Positions 51,961 to 64,000 of a stretch of DNA of 64,000 nucleotides are shown one piece after another. The translations under genes and the position numbers were made by a program. The notes under the pieces are model-generated. The model was not told the origin of the DNA. It searched no databases and saw nothing but the letters and a program-made list of their open reading frames with translations. The number at the start of each line of letters is the position of its first letter. Positions within the stretch are counted from its first letter, which is position 1. Source of the DNA: Octopus sinensis (lineage: Eukaryota); the NCBI RefSeq assembly GCF_006345805.1, contig NC_043001.1, positions 22,754,001 through 22,818,000 on the forward strand, read 5' to 3'.

Positions 51961-52311
51961 CCCAGTGGTTAGGGCAGTGGACTCGCGGTTTCGATTCCAG
52001 ACCGGGCGTTGTGAGTGTTTATTGAGCGAAAACACCTAAAAGCTCCACGAGGCTCCGGCAGGGGATGGTGGTGATCCCTGCTGTACTCTTTCACACACAC
52101 TTTCTCTCACTATTACTTCCTGTTTCTGTTGTACCTGTATTTCAAGGGGCCGGCCTTGTCACTTTCTGTGTCACGCTGAATATCCCCGAGAACTACGTTA
52201 AGGGTACACGTGTCTGTGGAGTGCTCAGCCACTTACACGTTAATTTCACGAGCAGGCTGTTCCGTTGATTCGGATCAACCGGAACTCTCATCGTCGTAAC
52301 CGACGGAGTGC
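51961..52311 (+). mobile_element. SINE family C core with the AACCGACGGAGTGC tail
   Basis: Family C core joined to the tail also seen at about 46800-46976. Confidence 0.8.
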
Positions 52312-52319
52312 TTCCACCC

Positions 52320-52362
<43 letters not shown>

Positions 52363-52797
52363 TATATATATATACACACACACACAAGTTCCTGGCTTTG
52401 TGTAAAAGAAAACGCAGGAGGAACAGTTAATTATGATTTTATTCAACACAAGGCTGGCCCTTGTGAATTACAGGTACGACCCACTTTTGCCAGCTGAGTG
52501 GACTGGAGGAGTACCGTGTGACAACGTGCCGCTGGTTTTCGAACTCACGATCGTAATCCGAATACTCTAACCGATAAGCCACGCTGACAATTTCATAATC
52601 TCCTATTGTTACACACACATACACAGATAACGACATACGCACATGCACACTCAAACGCAGTTACATATTGTTGCGTACTGATTACACACGGTCTATTCGT
52701 TTTATATATACACACATGCATACATATATAAACGCACGCAGATATCAGCAGACAATTATAGTCGTATATTGTAACACAAACGTACAAAGATAACGGC

Positions 52798-52849
<52 letters not shown>

Positions 52850-53040
52850 GCGCGCGCGCACACCCACAGATATCAGCAGAAATTCCATACGCAGTCTATA
52901 TGTTAAACATGCAGATACCAACATACACATTCAGTTATTGTTTCACACACAAACATACACACACACAGAGTCTCATACAGTAATACGCACACACACAAAC
53001 ACAGTCTCATACAGATACGCGCGTACTCACACACAGATAC

Positions 53041-53272
53041 CTATTTCTTTACTACCCACAAGGGGCTAAACACAGAGAGGACAAACAAGGACAGACAAAC
53101 GGATTAAGTCGACAATATCGACCCCAGTGCGTAACTGGTACTTATTTAATCGACCCCGAAAGGATGAAAGGCAAAGTCGACCTCGGCGGAATTTGAACTC
53201 AGAACGTAACCGCAGACGAAATACCACTAAGCATTTCGCCCGGCATGCTAACGATTCTGCCACCTCGCCGTC
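53041..53272 (-). mobile_element. SINE family A
   Basis: Family match; tail runs into a GGTAT junction remnant. Confidence 0.9.
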
Positions 53273-53323
53273 TCATAGTTACGTCTCATAGTTACGTAAA
53301 CACACACACAGATTCATACAGTA

Positions 53324-53355
<32 letters not shown>

Positions 53356-53482
53356 AATTTGTTACACATACAGTTACACGCGCACATACAAGCACTAACA
53401 GTCTCATACAGTCACACACACACACACACACACACACAAATACCAGCAGACAATCGACGTCATATTTTAATTTTATTTATCA

Positions 53483-53987
53483 CTAGCAGTATCGCCCGGC
53501 GTTGCTCGGGTTTGTAAGGGAAATAACTATATAAGCATTTTTAGAGAGTTACTTCCCTTATAAATTCGGGCTTTCTTAGCCATTTTTGTTTTGGTGTCTT
53601 CAAGCCATGAAGTCGTTGTTCTAAAAGAACGCTGGTCTCCTTCACAACGCATTACGACGTTGATTTCTTTACACTCCCTTCCCCACAGCTTCACGACGGA
53701 GGGAAGGGGGAGAAGCAAACAGATGCAGCTGTGAGCGTGGACGCCAACTCCACCGCCATCGACACACGATGCATTTTATGCATTAAAATGGAATAAAAAA
53801 TGATGTTAAATTATTTTTAAATCGTAGACTCATCGTTGACGCGCGCTAATAGTCAGAGCGGGCTCGATATGAATCACGACTATAAGATACCCGAATTTGG
53901 TTAAACTGCACCGCAAAATGTGGAGGAGTTAGGAATCTAAATCGAAGGGGACAGACACTCACACAACTAGAGTTTTAATAATATAGA
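53483..53987 (-). mobile_element. Non-autonomous Helitron
   Basis: A|TCTATATTATTAAAAC 5' end; its 3'-terminal 33 bp are identical to those of 30686-31076. Confidence 0.85.
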
Positions 53988-54180
53988 TTTATCGGAACGC
54001 TTAAATCTTTGAGGGTTAGTCGAAGGAGGAGGATATAGTGACTATTGCAGACTGACACGTCAGTCTTACCAAACCGATTTTATTAATACAGTCTAGGATG
54101 ACCTGTCATTTATTGATGTAAATTATATTTTAGATCCAATGAATCAAAGGATATTGTAATGGATCATAAAACGATAAACG

Positions 54181-54482
54181 TCGCCCTTATCAAGCCTAGC
54201 CAGGGTCATGGGTCCGGTTTCCCGGTTTCTGTGGCGTATGTGTTTTCCCCCACTGGACAGGACGCCAGTCCATCGCAGCGTTACTCAAGAAACAGGAAGA
54301 GAGAGTGAGAGAAAGTTGTGGCGAAAGTGTACAACAGGGGTCACCCCCCCCCTGCCGGAGCCTCATGGAGCTTTTAGGTGTTTTCGCTCAATAAACACAC
54401 ACAACACCCGGTCTGGGAATCGAAACCGCGATCCTCCGACCGTGAGTCCGCAGCCCTAACCACTGGGCCATTACGCCTCCAC
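54181..54482 (-). mobile_element. SINE family C with a V-type tail
   Basis: Same architecture as 26381-26685. Confidence 0.85.
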
Positions 54483-54539
54483 GTAATGGATCATAGGATC
54501 TATGTAATTCATTGATTTTCTTACCATATTATCTTGATA

Positions 54540-55620
54540 GTTAAAAATTGTTTCTTTGTGGAATTTCTGTTCCAAACATTACTAAACACACATCATTAGA
54601 TACCCGGTCGTTGTATCTTCGTGCATGCTCACCAGATGTCTCTATCTGCACAAATTGACAATTTAAGATTAGGTTTGTTAACCAAAGATGCCATAGTTTT
54701 AATTTGTCTAAGCTCATTATTCTCCCAAAAAACATCTCTTGAATATCTCTTGTAGTGTGTAACTTTGTTGCAGGAAATCTACTATTTCTGATGTTAATTT
54801 GGTCATTTAAATCATCAATAAAATAAACTTGAGCATATCTAGGAATATTTTTATCTGTATCATACAATGAACTTATTCTATGGTAAATGTGACTTTGTAT
54901 TTCGAAAACTGGCATGAATCCCACTAGAGATATTGATTCACCAACTCCAAAGGATGTCAGTGAAAACAATTCATTATATTATTTGATAATTTAAAAAAAG
55001 GTTTTTGGAATCCAGATTTTCCAGCAGATTTAGTGTATTTAAAAGTTTAGGTGGTCTTTCAAACAAATTTAATTTAACTTTACCATTTGAACAACATAAG
55101 TTCATCTTTAAACAGTTTTGCATAACAATGCTTACAAACTATTGGCGTTGTACCTAAATTTGATAGACTATCATAAATTTTAGTTGAATTATAATCAAAT
55201 GCAGCATTTGTAAATGATTTAACAGAAGTACGTAGTTCAGCATATCTTGATAGTCTGAGAATTTCTTGTGACAATGTGCGAAATTCTAATTTCCTCTCTT
55301 ATTTCTTGTGTCGAATTTTCTTTCAACACTTGGTGGGCCATTCTGTTTTCTTCTCTAATTTCATTCATTCTTTGAACTGAGAATCTTTCCCGTCTTCGTT
55401 TTTGATACTCTCAATTTTTTGCTCCTTGAATTTCTCATTTTCACTCATTTCATCTCTCTTTCGGCGTTTTGTTGCTGAGGTATTTAAAATTTTCCTTGCA
55501 TCGTTATTTATTACACTTATTTTCTCTCAACACTTGGTGAGTAAATCTGTATTCTCTAATTCCACTTCTTTGAATTGAGAGTCTTTCTCGTCTTCGTCTT
55601 TGGTACTCTCGATTTACATG
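54540..55620 (-). mobile_element. Decayed Helitron Rep N-terminal region
   Basis: CKHCYAKLFKDE; FSLTSFGV...FEIQSHIYHRISSL...RYAQVYFID resemble the Helitron N-terminal motifs FTSMG...IYHRIGSL...FAQLYIYD; two direct repeats of about 95 bp at 55320 and 55524. Confidence 0.75.
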
Positions 55621-55870
55621 AAATAACGTTCGGTTATAGATCGACTTTTCCTTTTACCCGTGTATAAACCGCCTCCGCCTTTTCCTGGATTTTCCCGTCT
55701 GAAAAAGCATATCTTGATCTTTACAGGCAAATACGGTACACACACACACACACACACACACAACACACACACACACATATATTTGTGTGATGTGTATATA
55801 CATATACTTATGTGAATGTATATAAATGTGTGCGTGGCGTGTGTGTGTATATGTATATATTCATATATAT

Positions 55871-55933
<63 letters not shown>

Positions 55934-55940
55934 CACACAT

Positions 55941-56090
55941 CTCGGGAGGGTCATTAGGCCGACAATAAACACATTCACCTGTGAGTGTGTTTATTATTGG
56001 CATAATGACCCTCCTGAGATACAACAAAACATGTTTCAACACATGAATTCACATCAAGAATCTTGCAAACCAAATACAAAAACCATATAC
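55941..56090 (+). mobile_element. Fold-back copy of a small Penelope-like repeat (38-bp arms, 2-nt loop)
   Basis: Arms 55941-55978 and 55981-56018 (33/38); tail homologous to 58424-58489. Confidence 0.6.
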
Positions 56091-56099
56091 ATATATACA

Positions 56100-56770
56100 T
56101 ACATGCATGCAATACATACATACATACATACATACATACATACATACATACATACATCATACACACACCCCACACACATACACACATACACACATACACA
56201 CACACACATACATCATCCATACATACATACATACATACATACATACATACATACATACATACATACATACATACATACATACATACATACATACATACAT
56301 ACATACATACATACATCAACATACATACATACAGACATACATACATACATACATCATACATACATACATACATACACATACATACATACATACATACATA
56401 CATACTACATACATACATACATACATACATACATACATACAACATACATACATACATCACATCATTACAACATACATACATACATACATACATACATCCA
56501 ATACATACATACATACATACATACATACATACATACATCATACATACATACATACACATACATACATACATACATACATACATACATACTACATACATAC
56601 ATACATAACATACATACATACATACATACTACATACAACATACATACATACATACATACATACATACATACATACTACATCAATACATACATACATACAT
56701 ACATCATACATACATACATACATACATACATACATACATACAATACATACATACATACATACATACATAC
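56100..56770. repeat. Long degenerate (CATA)n microsatellite
   Basis: Direct reading; source of the 340-aa YIHT pseudo-ORF. Confidence 0.95.
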
Positions 56771-57239
56771 GGAAGTTTTTAAAGTATTAAACAAAGAGCA
56801 ATGGAAAAACAATTTACTCATAACAAATTTTTAATACACCGTAGATATTAAATAAATCATTTCTGAAGAATAAACACTCAAATTTTCTAATTTTTTATTA
56901 TTGTTATTATTTTTCATCACTCAAACTGGTTTGGATATTGCTTTGTTTCTCGTGTCTGATTCAGTTAAAACAAAAATGTATATTTCTGTATTAATTTTCA
57001 AGTGTTCCTTGCTTGTGTGTTACTTTTCTTTTCATAGATTACATGATAGCAGACATGAGATTTATTTTTATCTGTTGCATCTTTTGTTCTTCGTTCGAAA
57101 TATGAATTTCGTGACTAAAATATCTCAACCAATTTTTTCAGTATGTGAAAAAGACTTTGTCAGGGTCTTTAAGAGTGAAATACCAAACAGGAGTTTCCAG
57201 TGTTCATATCACTTGTAGATTATGATGCAATTTTATTAA

Positions 57240-58900
57240 GCAGTAACATGGTGTTTTTTCCATTTCAAACAATCTCTGCAGGATCTTCATATCTTCCAAA
57301 ATTAAGAGATTAAAAGCAAAAACACATTTTGTTCCAAACATCTTTCATTTTTATCTCTCTATTTCCTCCAGGCTTATTTTATTATGTTTTCTGCACTTAG
57401 AACATTGTCTGATTTTCATATTTCTTTTAATGTTGGACCTCCTTCCTTATCAATACTGTTTATTAACTGATTAAATGTCTACCACAATTAATATGCTTTA
57501 GATGATGCAATAACGCCTTGATAAAAGCGATATTCTATTTGGCAGCAGAAACATTAATCTAACATTTGGAAGGTAATATTGTAAAAGCTTTGGAAGACAA
57601 CTTACGTTATCTACGATCAGCAACACACGAAATGGAATATTTTTGACACCACCATAATTTTGTTTTCTACAAAGTGACGCAAAAAACTAATTTTCAAACA
57701 GTGAAGCAGTAACCCCAAATTTTTTTTATTGCCTTTCATATGACGCAAGTTTAGCTTTTACGAAGCCTTCATTTGCCCTTGGATTTTTGACACAGTGCAC
57801 AATTATTGGTCTTAACTTACAATATCATCCAATTATATTGTATTAAACAGTAGCGTTAACCGATCTTTAGCTATTTTAAACCTAGCGTTGATGACTTTTC
57901 CTTTTATAACCTGGCTTCCAGAAAAGGAGCGTTTGGTCTACGTTACTAGTTATGAGCTTGTGTAACTATATTCTATTATTTCTTCTAATTATTTTAGTAA
58001 CAAATTTATTGCTTCAATATAGCACTCGTAGCTTGTCTGTGAACTTTTATATAATGCCGATAAGCAGGTTTTTATATCTATAAAACCAGCCATAGCTTGC
58101 AGTAAATGCTTCTCCACAGTTGCATTCTTACCACTTTAGACATCATAAAAATAGATGAAGCCTTAGCACAAATAACAACTCGAATAACCGGCGTATTTAA
58201 TCGTTACATGTAATCAGTTATGTCTGGGGTGAGTCATTTTCTTTTTGTACCTTATAATTTAACACACTCACCGGTAAAATTTCCCACTTGTTTCTTATTT
58301 CTATTTTCCTAAAATTTTCGTTGCGTCTTGCAACCTTTTCAACAGTCTTATTGAAAAGGTTGAAATTTTACCGGTGAGTGTGTTAAATTATAAGGTACAA
58401 AAAGAAAATGACTCTCCCCAGACACAACAGAATATACTTCAACACACAAATTCACATAAAGAATCTTGCAAACCAAATCCAAAAACGAAATGTAATCAGT
58501 TATTTATGTCGATAAATGCGAGTAAATATGGTCGGCTTGTTCCTTATTAGGCATTCTCGTATACAGCAGAGACTGCACACTTTTAATTTCGTTCAAATAT
58601 TTTGCTGATTTATTAAAATCTTACATACAGTTGACTAACCAAAAGAAAATTTTGAATCCAGATCTTTAAGAGTCTTTCCCGATTTTGTTAATGTAAAATC
58701 TATTTTGTTTCTTAAGTATTGTTTTCTTTTTTTTTTTATTATCATTAGCAGTTTAAACTGGACCGTTCTTTCTTTTCTTGGGACATTGGAAGGGCGAATT
58801 AATTCGAAAATTTTAAGACAAAGAAACAACGGAGAGGTTATGAATACAGTAAAGGTATACGCCACTAATACTACGCAGATCTAACTGAATGACTGAATAA
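57240..58900 (-). mobile_element. Decayed Tigger/pogo transposase, interrupted at 58222-58489
   Basis: Fragments FTASYGWFYRYK, NVDQTLLFWK, RPIIVHCVKNPRA, WVTASLFEN, MFLLPN and QGVIASSKAY...EGGPTLKEI follow Tigger1-type transposase order. Confidence 0.75.
58222..58489. mobile_element. Palindromic insertion, probably a Penelope-like pseudo-LTR fragment with inversion
   Basis: 14-bp TSD ATGTAATCAGTTAT at 58208 and 58490; arms 58221-58283 and 58362-58423 with a 53-bp perfect match; inner perfect 12-bp arms. Confidence 0.7.
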
Positions 58901-58985
58901 ATGAATGAATGCACACTTGCACTGCAGTGACTGAACATTTAAAGTAATTTTCATACAAGTTTGATAATATATATTATATATATAT

Positions 58986-59023
<38 letters not shown>

Positions 59024-59027
<4 letters not shown>

Positions 59028-60899
59028 GGTATGTAGAAAAATACAACATGGACAAGAACGTATAACTCATAGAAGACGATCAATAAACATGGACAGGAAC
59101 ATTCGAACCCCTCAGTCTTCAGTCAAGAACCGGATCATCGTAGTAATTTCGGTCGGCTGATTATCTTGAGATTACTAGATCACGGCCAGCCCTCCAAGAA
59201 AAACTAGCTGGAAGCGTAGATTCCTGGAAGAAGGATCGAATGCATACGAACAACAGGACAGCAAAAGGGACAGAATATAGAAAAAACAAAAAAAACAATA
59301 ATGGAATACAGAAACATGAATACAGAAGCATTAACGGTGAGAACAACAAGTGTCTTACGACTGATAACAACAGCAAACAAATTTTTTCTCTGGCGCATTG
59401 GAAAAAGCCTTTATAGCGGCGGACGAAGAACAACGATGTTAACACGACGAGGGTCAGGAGCTGAAAGGCAGATTTCGGCCAACAGTCACGTGACAGAGAA
59501 GAGAGAGAGAGAAAAGGGGGACAAAACGCAACAAGAGAGAGAAGAGAGAGAAAGAAGGAATCAGAGAGGAGAAGGATGGGTGTCGAAGAATGACATGTGA
59601 GTGCAGAGCGAGACAAAGAAATAGGAGGGTAGTGGAAGACTAGACCAAAGGATCAGAGGAAAGAGAAGATGAATAGAGAGAAAGTAAAAATGAGAGAGAG
59701 AGAGAGAAAACAGAGAGTCGTACAATTATTAAGATATGTGTTCACATTAATGATAAAGGGGGTACGGGCGCCCTGGAATATATGTTAAGGTATGTAGAAA
59801 AATACAACATGACAAGAACGTATAACTCATAGAAGACGATACAATAAACATGGACAGGACATTCGAACCCCTCAGTCTTCAGTCAAGAACCGGAATCATC
59901 GTAGTAATTTCGGCTGATTAATCTTGAGATTACTAGATCACGGCCAGCCCTCCAAGAAAAACTAAGCTGGAAGCGTAGATTTCCTGGAAGAAGGATCGAA
60001 TGCATACGAACACCAGGACAGCAAAAGGGACAGATATAGAAAAAACAAAAAAAACAATAATGGAATACAGAAACATGAAATACAGAAGCATTAACGGTGA
60101 GAACAACAAGTGTCTTACGACTGATAACAAGCAAACAAATTTTTTCTCTGGCGCATTGGAAAAAGCCTTTATAGCGGCGGACGAAGAACAACGATGTTAA
60201 CACGACGAGGGTCAGGAGCTGAAAGGCAGATTTCGGCCAACAGTCACGTGACAGAGAAGAGAGAGAGAGAAAAGGGGGACAAAACGCAACAAAGAGAGAG
60301 AAGAGAGAGAAAGAAGGAATCAGAGAGGAGAAGGATGGGTGTCGAAGAATGACCTGTGAGTGCAGAGCGAGACAAAGAAATAGGAGGGTAGTGGAAGACT
60401 AGACCAAAGGATCAGAGGAAAGAGAAGATGAATAGAGAGAAAGTAAAAATGAGAGAGAGAGAGAGACAAACAGAGAGTCCGTACCAATTATTAAGAAATG
60501 TGTTCACATTAATGATAAAGGGGGTACGGGGCGCCTGGAATATATGTTAAGGTATGTAGAAAAATACAACATGGACAAGAACGTATAACTCATAGAAGAG
60601 ACGATACAATAAACATGGACAGGACATTCGAACCCCTCAGTCTTCAGTCAAGAACCGGATCATCGTAGTAATTTCGGCTGATTAATCTTGAGATTACTAG
60701 ATCACGGCCAGCCCTCCAAGAAAAACTAAGCTGGAAGCGTAGATTTCCTGGAAGAAGGATCGAATGCATACGAACACCAGGACAGCAAAAGGGACAGATA
60801 TAGAAAAAACAAAAAAAACAATATGGAATACAGAAACATGAAATACAGAAGCATTAACGGTGAGAACAACAGTGTCTTACGACTGATAACAAGCAAACA

Positions 60900-60905
<6 letters not shown>
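59024..60905. repeat. Head-to-tail multimer of a 761-762-bp unit (about 2.5 copies) inside (TA)n
   Basis: Units start at 59024, 59785 and 60547; they differ mostly by 1-3-nt indels. Confidence 0.9.
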
Positions 60906-60938
<33 letters not shown>

Positions 60939-61109
60939 TGAATAATACTGGACTAAATCTTTTAATTTAGTGCCCCAACATGGTCACCGTTTAATGACAG
61001 AAACAAGTAAAAGAACAAAAGAATACATGCATGATACATACACACACACACACAAACACGCGTGTTCGTAAAATAGAAACATGAACACATGCATCACATA
61101 AGCATATTT

Positions 61110-61279
61110 GTGGTAGGCGCATGCGTGGCTCTCCAGTAAGACGTTTGGTTCCCAATCCCACATGGTTCCTAGTTCAGTCCCACTGCGTAACACCTTGCAC
61201 AAGTATTTTATACTATAGCCTCGGACTGACCAAAGCTTTGTTAATGGGTTTAGTAGACGGAAACTAAAAGAAGCCTGTC

Positions 61280-61356
<77 letters not shown>

Positions 61357-61490
61357 GTGGTGTGTGTGTGTGTGCGTGCGTGCGTGCGTGTGTTTGCCAC
61401 CCTCATCGCTTGACAGCTGGTGCTGGTGTGCTTACGTCCCCGTAACTTAGCGGTTCAGAAAAAGACCCGATCGAATAAGTACCAGGCTTT
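61110..61490 (+). mobile_element. SINE family B
   Basis: Family match. Confidence 0.8.
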
Positions 61491-61541
61491 ACTTAAAAAT
61501 AAAAAAAAGTAAAAAAATAGATAATAATAATAATAATAAAT

Positions 61542-62084
61542 GCCCTGATGCAGTACCAGGCAGTGGCTCTCATGGCTTCTGATCTTAACTGATTGGAAGT
61601 GTTATCATGTACATTGTTTAGTCTTGGTATAAAAGATGGGCTACAGCAAATATTCTGCCGAATACCACAGATTTGCTTGTCAGTTGTTTGCCCTTAACCA
61701 GTTGAGCATGTCCCTTAATGTGCATCTCTGATCACAAGCAGAAGTAGTGGGGGAGCATCATAGCAATGTGTTGAGAGGGATTCTTTGGGGTTTGGATAAT
61801 TCACCTTTGGAAACATGAGTGTTTTGTTGATCATCCTTAAACAACCATTATTCAGGGACATCTTAAGCGGGATGGGCTACTCGATCCGAAGAAAATTCTA
61901 ACTGGGCGCCACCCGCAAGGTCATGCGCTGTTAACCTTGATATGAGATCACCATGTCGCGCACATATGGTTGTGATGCATGTGCCTAGTGTACCCTTATC
62001 AGACGGGTAGTCATGATGGGTATACTGGGCTTCGTATATTTGTACCCCAGTGTCACATTGATGGCATGCACTGCTCTCTCACTC

Positions 62085-62086
<2 letters not shown>
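61542..62086 (+). mobile_element. Non-coding retroposon flanked by (AAT)n on both sides
   Basis: (AAT)n at about 61520-61540 and 62087-62121; second copy at 13835-14205. Confidence 0.6.
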
Positions 62087-62121
<35 letters not shown>

Positions 62122-62966
62122 GTAAGTACTGGGTTGATTCGTTCAACTAAAATTTTTCAAGACGGTATACCCCTTGTGGGTAATAAAAAAAATTGGTATA
62201 CCAGTATGGCTGTGGTCTCACGACAGAAAGAAGTAAAAGATAAAAGATACGTGTGTCTATCAAACATACCTTTTGATTTCGAAGCAAACGCTTTTAACCA
62301 CGCAGCCATAGCCGTCAGTTCCTACTTAATTTGCTCACCATACCGGTCACGTTAAATTATTCGCACCCCAACACGATTCATTTAGCTTTCAGCAACAGGA
62401 TTTCTTTCTACTTACGATCTCTACCAAATTGGAGTCTACAGTTTGCTCACCTGTTGTCTTCGTTGGCAACTGTCGAAATTAAGAACACCTCCATACTTAT
62501 CTACTAACGGTGAACTTTTCTGACAGACATGTTGCGGCGCGGTTTTCCTTCTTTTTTTTCTTCCAAGTAGAAATTACAGTTAAAAACGAACTCTCAATTA
62601 CATGGTTTATGTGCGACCTAATTCCTTAATTATATCATAAAAATCTTCTCAATGAGGGCTTTCAAACAGCCTTGTCTTATGGAAGATGCATCCAAACTTA
62701 TTTGTTATTTTTGCCCCATATTTCCTCACTTTATTCTTTTGGTAGTAACACTACCTCTTCCTGACTGGCATATGTCCGTGTCTTTTTAATTTTTCCTCCA
62801 ATTATGTTGAAGTCCAATTATAACTGCACGTGAGGCTCGTACACAAGTTTTTTTACGTTGTCGTTTTTCGTTACTGATAATTTTCCTTTTCTTCTATTGC
62901 TGGTTATCTCAAACTGCCATCAGTACTTTGTTATTTTAGTCATTAATAGCGGTGTCTACATTATTA

Positions 62967-63033
<67 letters not shown>

Positions 63034-63048
63034 CATTATTATTATTAT

Positions 63049-63351
63049 TTTTGTTTTCCTTCTTTCTTCAAATTTTCTTCCGTTTCTCGCCGAGTGTTTT
63101 CCGTACACCTAGGGCAGAGAAGCTCATTGTATGCATTCCCAGATTACACACGCAAATTCACAGGTAAAATATGTATTTAAAAAAATAAATAAATAAATAA
63201 ATTCATGAATGGATGTTGTTTTCACAGCGATAATGCTCTTCTCAGTACATGAGCCGTTCCAGTTAACACGATTTTTTGCACTTCCTGTAGGGATGGTAAG
63301 CCTGGTATCATTTTCAAATAGGTTTCAGTACCTTTTTTATCATTCCTAGAG
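63049..63351 (-). mobile_element. R4/Dong-like LINE 3' end inserted in (TAA)n
   Basis: KKGTETYLKMIPGLPSLQEVQKIVLTGTAHVLRRALSL* resembles the C-terminus of restriction-like-endonuclease LINEs (LQKxxLLGTAxILRxxL); (TTA)n on both sides. Confidence 0.7.
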
Positions 63352-63367
63352 ATTATTATTATTATTA

Positions 63368-63425
<58 letters not shown>

Positions 63426-63430
63426 TGCTA

Positions 63431-63630
63431 AGGCGGCGAGCTGGCAGAATCGTTAACACGCCGGGCAAATGTTTAGCGGCATTTCGCCTGTCTTTTCGTT
63501 CTGAGTTCAAGTTCCGCCGAGGTCGACTTTGCTTTCATCCTTTTGGGGCCAAAAAATTAAGTACCAGTGAAACACTGAGACCGATTTAATCGACTAGTCC
63601 CCTCACCCTATTTTCAGACCTTGTGTCTTT
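63431..63630 (+). mobile_element. SINE family A variant
   Basis: Family match. Confidence 0.8.
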
Positions 63631-64000
63631 ACATTATTTATGACGACCGGTGTTGGTGCGTTTATGTCTCTGTAACTTAGCTGTTCGGCAAAATAGATCC
63701 ATAAAATAAGTACCAGGCTTAACAAAAAAGTACTCATTGACTAAAATTTCTTCAAGGCACGGCCACATTTACTGAAACAAGTAAAAGAATAACAGATAAA
63801 AGATAATTTCAGTTTCTCGTTTCAGGTCTCCATCTGTCAGCAACTCGAAAGGTACTTTATTTCCAATATCCTCGGTTTGTTGATTGAATTGGCCATGTAA
63901 TTCCTTATCTTTCCAACCATTTGTCCTGTCGTTCTTCCTTTAGTTCTTGAATTCTCCTACTGTTTCAATGACTTAAAAAAAATTTTCTTTGGCAGCAGAC

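Noticed and set aside
55812-56834. 340-aa ORF and similar YIHT/MYVC/CVCV ORFs at 13.3, 22.1, 24.7, 32.6 and 37.0 kb
   Set aside because: Translations of (CATA)n, (CA)n and (TA)n microsatellites, not genes.

Overview
AT-rich, repeat-dense eukaryotic DNA with no intact long ORF and no CRISPR array, rRNA or intact tRNA gene. The SINE families match those I recall from octopus genomes, so an Octopus-like cephalopod is the likely source (inference, not a database result). At least four tRNA-derived SINE head/core types recombine with several tails. DNA-transposon remnants include mariner, Tigger/pogo, hAT and Tc1/pogo MITEs, Helitrons and a Helentron carrying an AP-endonuclease remnant. Retroelement fragments include L1/Tx1, CR1/L2-like, R4/Dong-like and a Penelope-like GIY-YIG. 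There are also many micro- and minisatellites. Most ORFs in the supplied track are microsatellite or SINE artefacts. Leads most worth checking: (1) short minus-strand exon candidates of 30-48 nt with good splice signals, several symmetric and open in phase 0, suggesting a micro-exon-rich host gene spanning the window; (2) a small Penelope-like family present twice as fold-back palindromes; (3) a TSD-flanked insert sharing the dominant SINE's 3' tail (candidate partner-LINE end); (4) one SINE dimer junction recurring at five loci; (5) a 761-bp head-to-tail multimer inside (TA)n; (6) a fold-back element with a telomere-like core. All coordinates and alignments were read by eye, so ends of degenerate elements are approximate.
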